From NCBI GenBank assembly GCA_050331235.1, contig JBHJHA010000013.1, positions 1 through 11,418 of the forward strand: a stretch of DNA of 11,418 bases, in the 5' to 3' direction. This stretch comes from Leptolyngbyaceae cyanobacterium. Its GTDB lineage: Bacteria > Cyanobacteriota > Cyanobacteriia > Phormidesmidales > Phormidesmidaceae. A model generated the notes under the pieces. That model was given only the letters and a program-made list of their open reading frames with translations. It ran no database searches and was not told the DNA's origin. A program made the position numbers and the translations under genes. Within the stretch, counting starts at the first letter, position 1; each line of letters starts with the position of its first letter. Below are positions 9,351 through 11,418 of this stretch, piece after piece.

Positions 9351-10904
9351 CTATCGCACGCTGACAAAGCGCTCTTGGGCCATTGCCCTCAAGGCGTGCA
9401 AGTCTTCTTGGCGGCTGATCGAGAGGGGGACCGTCGCCTTGACCTCATTGATAATCAGCTCTGTATCGACCGGCCGTTTTTCATAAATGGCGCGATAAAG
9501 CGCTGTGATGATGACTTGCTCGATTTCAGCTCCGCTGAAGCCGTCAGTTGCGTGCACGAGGTCGTGCAGATTGAAGCGATCTACCGCTTGGCGTCGCCGC
9601 GTCAAGTGAATTTGTAGAATTGCCGCCCGTTCTCTTTCATCCGGTAAATCGACAAAAAAAATTTCATCAAATCGGCCTTTGCGTAGCAGTTCAGGGGGAA
9701 TGCGGGACAGGTCGTTTGCCGTGGCCACGACAAATACATCACCTGACTTTTCTTGGAGCCAAGTGAGAAAATAACCAAATAGGCGGCGGCTCAACCCACC
9801 ATCGGCATCGCTATCGGATTGCCCCATGCTTTTTTCGATTTCGTCAATCCACAAAACAGCGGGCGACATCGTTTCAGCAAGGGTCACAGCCCGACGAAAG
9901 TTCTTTTCGGACTCACCAATAAATTTGTCGTAAAGCCGGCCAGCATCCAGCTTCAGCAGTGGCATCTGCCATTCCCGAGCGATCGTTTTAGCTGCAAGGG
10001 ATTTGCCACAGCCCTGAATGCCAACGATTAAGATGCCTCGGGGAGTCGGCAAATTAAAGGCTTTGGCCTGGGGGGTAAAGCCAACCCGGGCCCGTTGCAA
10101 CCACTGTTTCAGACCTTGAAAGCCGCCTAGCTGGGCCGGATTCATCTCGGGGGGAATATAGTCTAGCAGGCCCTCTTCGTGGAGCACCTGCACCTTACGC
10201 TGCAGGACGCGTTTGACATCTTCATGTGTGAGCTTGCCGTCGTCGAGGGCAGCAAAGGCAATGACCTTGCGGGCCTGTTGCAGCGTCATACCGCGCATTG
10301 CTTGAACGAGTTCGTCGATTCCTTGGGGTTTAATCTTGACGTTGATACGACCTTTTAGCGATCGCACCACCTCTGAAATCGCCCGGTACAGTTCGTCAGG
10401 TTCGGGCAATTTGAGGTCAAAGTAAACAACATCTTGGGCAATATCCGGCGGCAGCGTTAGGCTATGGCCTGTGAGGACTAGGGTGGAACGATTTTGGGAA
10501 AATGCCTGGATCACCTCTCGCAATTGGCGGCGGACAACTTCATCATCCAGGTGCGGCCCAAGATCCTTCAGCCAATAAATCGCTTGATAAGGTAGCTGTT
10601 CGATATGTTTTAGGGCATCAACTGGCTCAGTTGTCGCTTCCAAGGGTTGAGGTTTCTGGGTGCCGGGGGGGGCATATTCGTTTGTCCATCGGTTGTGACA
10701 GTTACCCTGCGATCGCGTGAGTCCTTGAGCCACACTCCACTCAAACACTGCCATCTGCAATTCGTTGATCGCCGTGTTGATCAGCCCTCGCACACGCTCT
10801 TCTTCTATCGTTTCAATTACGATGGCGGAGTGAAACGACATCACCAAAGTCTGAAAGAGACGGACGCTGCCAGCGAAAGACATTGCTTTCGGCCTCTGAA
10901 ACAT
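9351..10904 (-). CDS. AAA+ ATPase, Ycf46-like family
   Basis: Walker A GIQGCGKS, Walker [14 protein letters not shown] sensor, [22 protein letters not shown] and GFSGAEIEQ, with a degenerate N-terminal domain (IETIEEER). The start is either ATG 10904 or ATG 10883 (MSFAGSV, preceded by AGAGG). Confidence 0.92.
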   Translation of the reverse strand: MFQRPKAMSFAGSVRLFQTLVMSFHSAIVIETIEEERVRGLINTAINELQMAVFEWSVAQGLTRSQGNCHNRWTNEYAPPGTQKPQPLEATTEPVDALKHIEQLPYQAIYWLKDLGPHLDDEVVRRQLREVIQAFSQNRSTLVLTGHSLTLPPDIAQDVVYFDLKLPEPDELYRAISEVVRSLKGRINVKIKPQGIDELVQAMRGMTLQQARKVIAFAALDDGKLTHEDVKRVLQRKVQVLHEEGLLDYIPPEMNPAQLGGFQGLKQWLQRARVGFTPQAKAFNLPTPRGILIVGIQGCGKSLAAKTIAREWQMPLLKLDAGRLYDKFIGESEKNFRRAVTLAETMSPAVLWIDEIEKSMGQSDSDADGGLSRRLFGYFLTWLQEKSGDVFVVATANDLSRIPPELLRKGRFDEIFFVDLPDERERAAILQIHLTRRRQAVDRFNLHDLVHATDGFSGAEIEQVIITALYRAIYEKRPVDTELIINEVKATVPLSISRQEDLHALRAMAQERFVSVR

Positions 10905-10910
10905 AGACGA

Positions 10911-10950
10911 CCTTAGAGTGCCCCTTCAACCGGGGTAGAGCACTCCAAGG
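10911..10950 (-). promoter_or_regulatory. Stable hairpin immediately upstream of the AAA+ ATPase gene
   Basis: The minus-strand RNA has CCUUGGAGUGC...GCACUCUAAGG (11 bp, one G-U) plus an inner CCCC/GGGG stem. It ends 6 nt before ATG 10904. Confidence 0.55.
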
Positions 10951-11251
10951 AACGACTTCACAGGATTCAGTCAAAATTTTGGTGTTAGAGGCGTGATACG
11001 GGGATCGTATTGCTCAGCCAGTCACAGCGGACTAAGGCGTATAGGATAGTCGCCGCACTCCCTATGGCAGTCAAGGACGGATATAGACTTGCAACAGCGC
11101 GGCTGAGTCAACGAGGGAGAGCTGTCTCAAGAGCGTTATTTGAACCGTTTGAACTGATAATTAGTCGCTGTGTGCTGAAAGGCAGTCAAAACAGCAGTGG
11201 TCGCCCCCAAACAGTCAGTAGGCAAATCATAGCTAAATGAACTGCCCCCAA

Positions 11252-11418
11252 GAGAGTGTGCTGATTTTTGTGTAAGCAGATTTGGGTTCAAAGTTTGAAG
11301 CGTTCTGGAAACAGAATAGCAAAGTGTGACAGAGCAGCTCTCCAGTTTTTGATAGGGCGATTCCATCGTTTGGCAATGTTGTTCATCGCCAGATACATCA
11401 GCTTGAAAACAGACTCCT
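11252..11418 (-). mobile_element. IS256-family insertion sequence, right end (truncated by the window edge)
   Basis: A transposase C-terminus on the minus strand is followed by a terminal-IR-like sequence GAGAGTGTGCTGATTTTTGTGTAAGC (11252-11277) resembling IS256-family ends. Confidence 0.85.
11288..11418 (-). CDS. IS256-family (Mutator-type) transposase, C-terminal 42 aa (partial)
   Basis: My translation of the minus strand from 11416 is ESVFKLMYLAMNNIAKRWNRPIKNWRAALSHFAILFPERFKL*, the characteristic IS256 transposase C-terminus. It is absent from the ORF track. Confidence 0.9.
   Translation of the reverse strand, partial: ESVFKLMYLAMNNIAKRWNRPIKNWRAALSHFAILFPERFKL

Noticed and set aside
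4325..10904. Functional link between the carbonic anhydrase and the Ycf46-like ATPase as a carbon-uptake cluster
   Set aside because: The genes are over 4 kb apart on opposite strands with unrelated genes between them. Nothing in the sequence supports co-regulation.
11010..11240. 76-aa plus-strand ORF
   Set aside because: It has a TTG start, no recognisable motif or RBS, and lies in a probable regulatory region.
10951..11250. CRISPR-like array suggested by recurring CAGTCA
   Set aside because: The repeats are only 6-9 bp, spacing is irregular, and there are no cas genes in the window.
11136..11366. 76-aa minus-strand ORF in the track
   Set aside because: It is an off-frame shadow of the IS256 transposase end that crosses the IR into flanking DNA.

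Overview
Cyanobacterial chromosomal segment. About 20 HIP1 octamers (GCGATCGC) were counted by eye, and the gene content suggests a Leptolyngbya-like filamentous lineage (inference). Left to right it holds the 3' part of an atypical Hsp70-family gene, a plant-type threonine synthase, murJ, a Tat-signal alpha-carbonic anhydrase, a secreted S9 peptidase, a PKHD-type Fe(II)/2OG hydroxylase (piuC/ybiX-like), a secreted histidine-phosphatase-family protein behind a Fur-box-like promoter, a Ycf46-like AAA+ ATPase, and the right end of an IS256-family element that the ORF track misses. I found no clearly new multi-gene system. The most unusual observation is that two otherwise intact genes (Hsp70-like and piuC-like) each carry one in-frame TAG where a Gln (CAG) fits, while five neighbouring genes use TAG as a genuine stop. 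Other points of interest are a candidate iron-repressed two-gene module, a strand-specific hairpin over a ribosome-binding site of the AAA+ gene, and a duplicated bipartite motif between that gene and the IS end.
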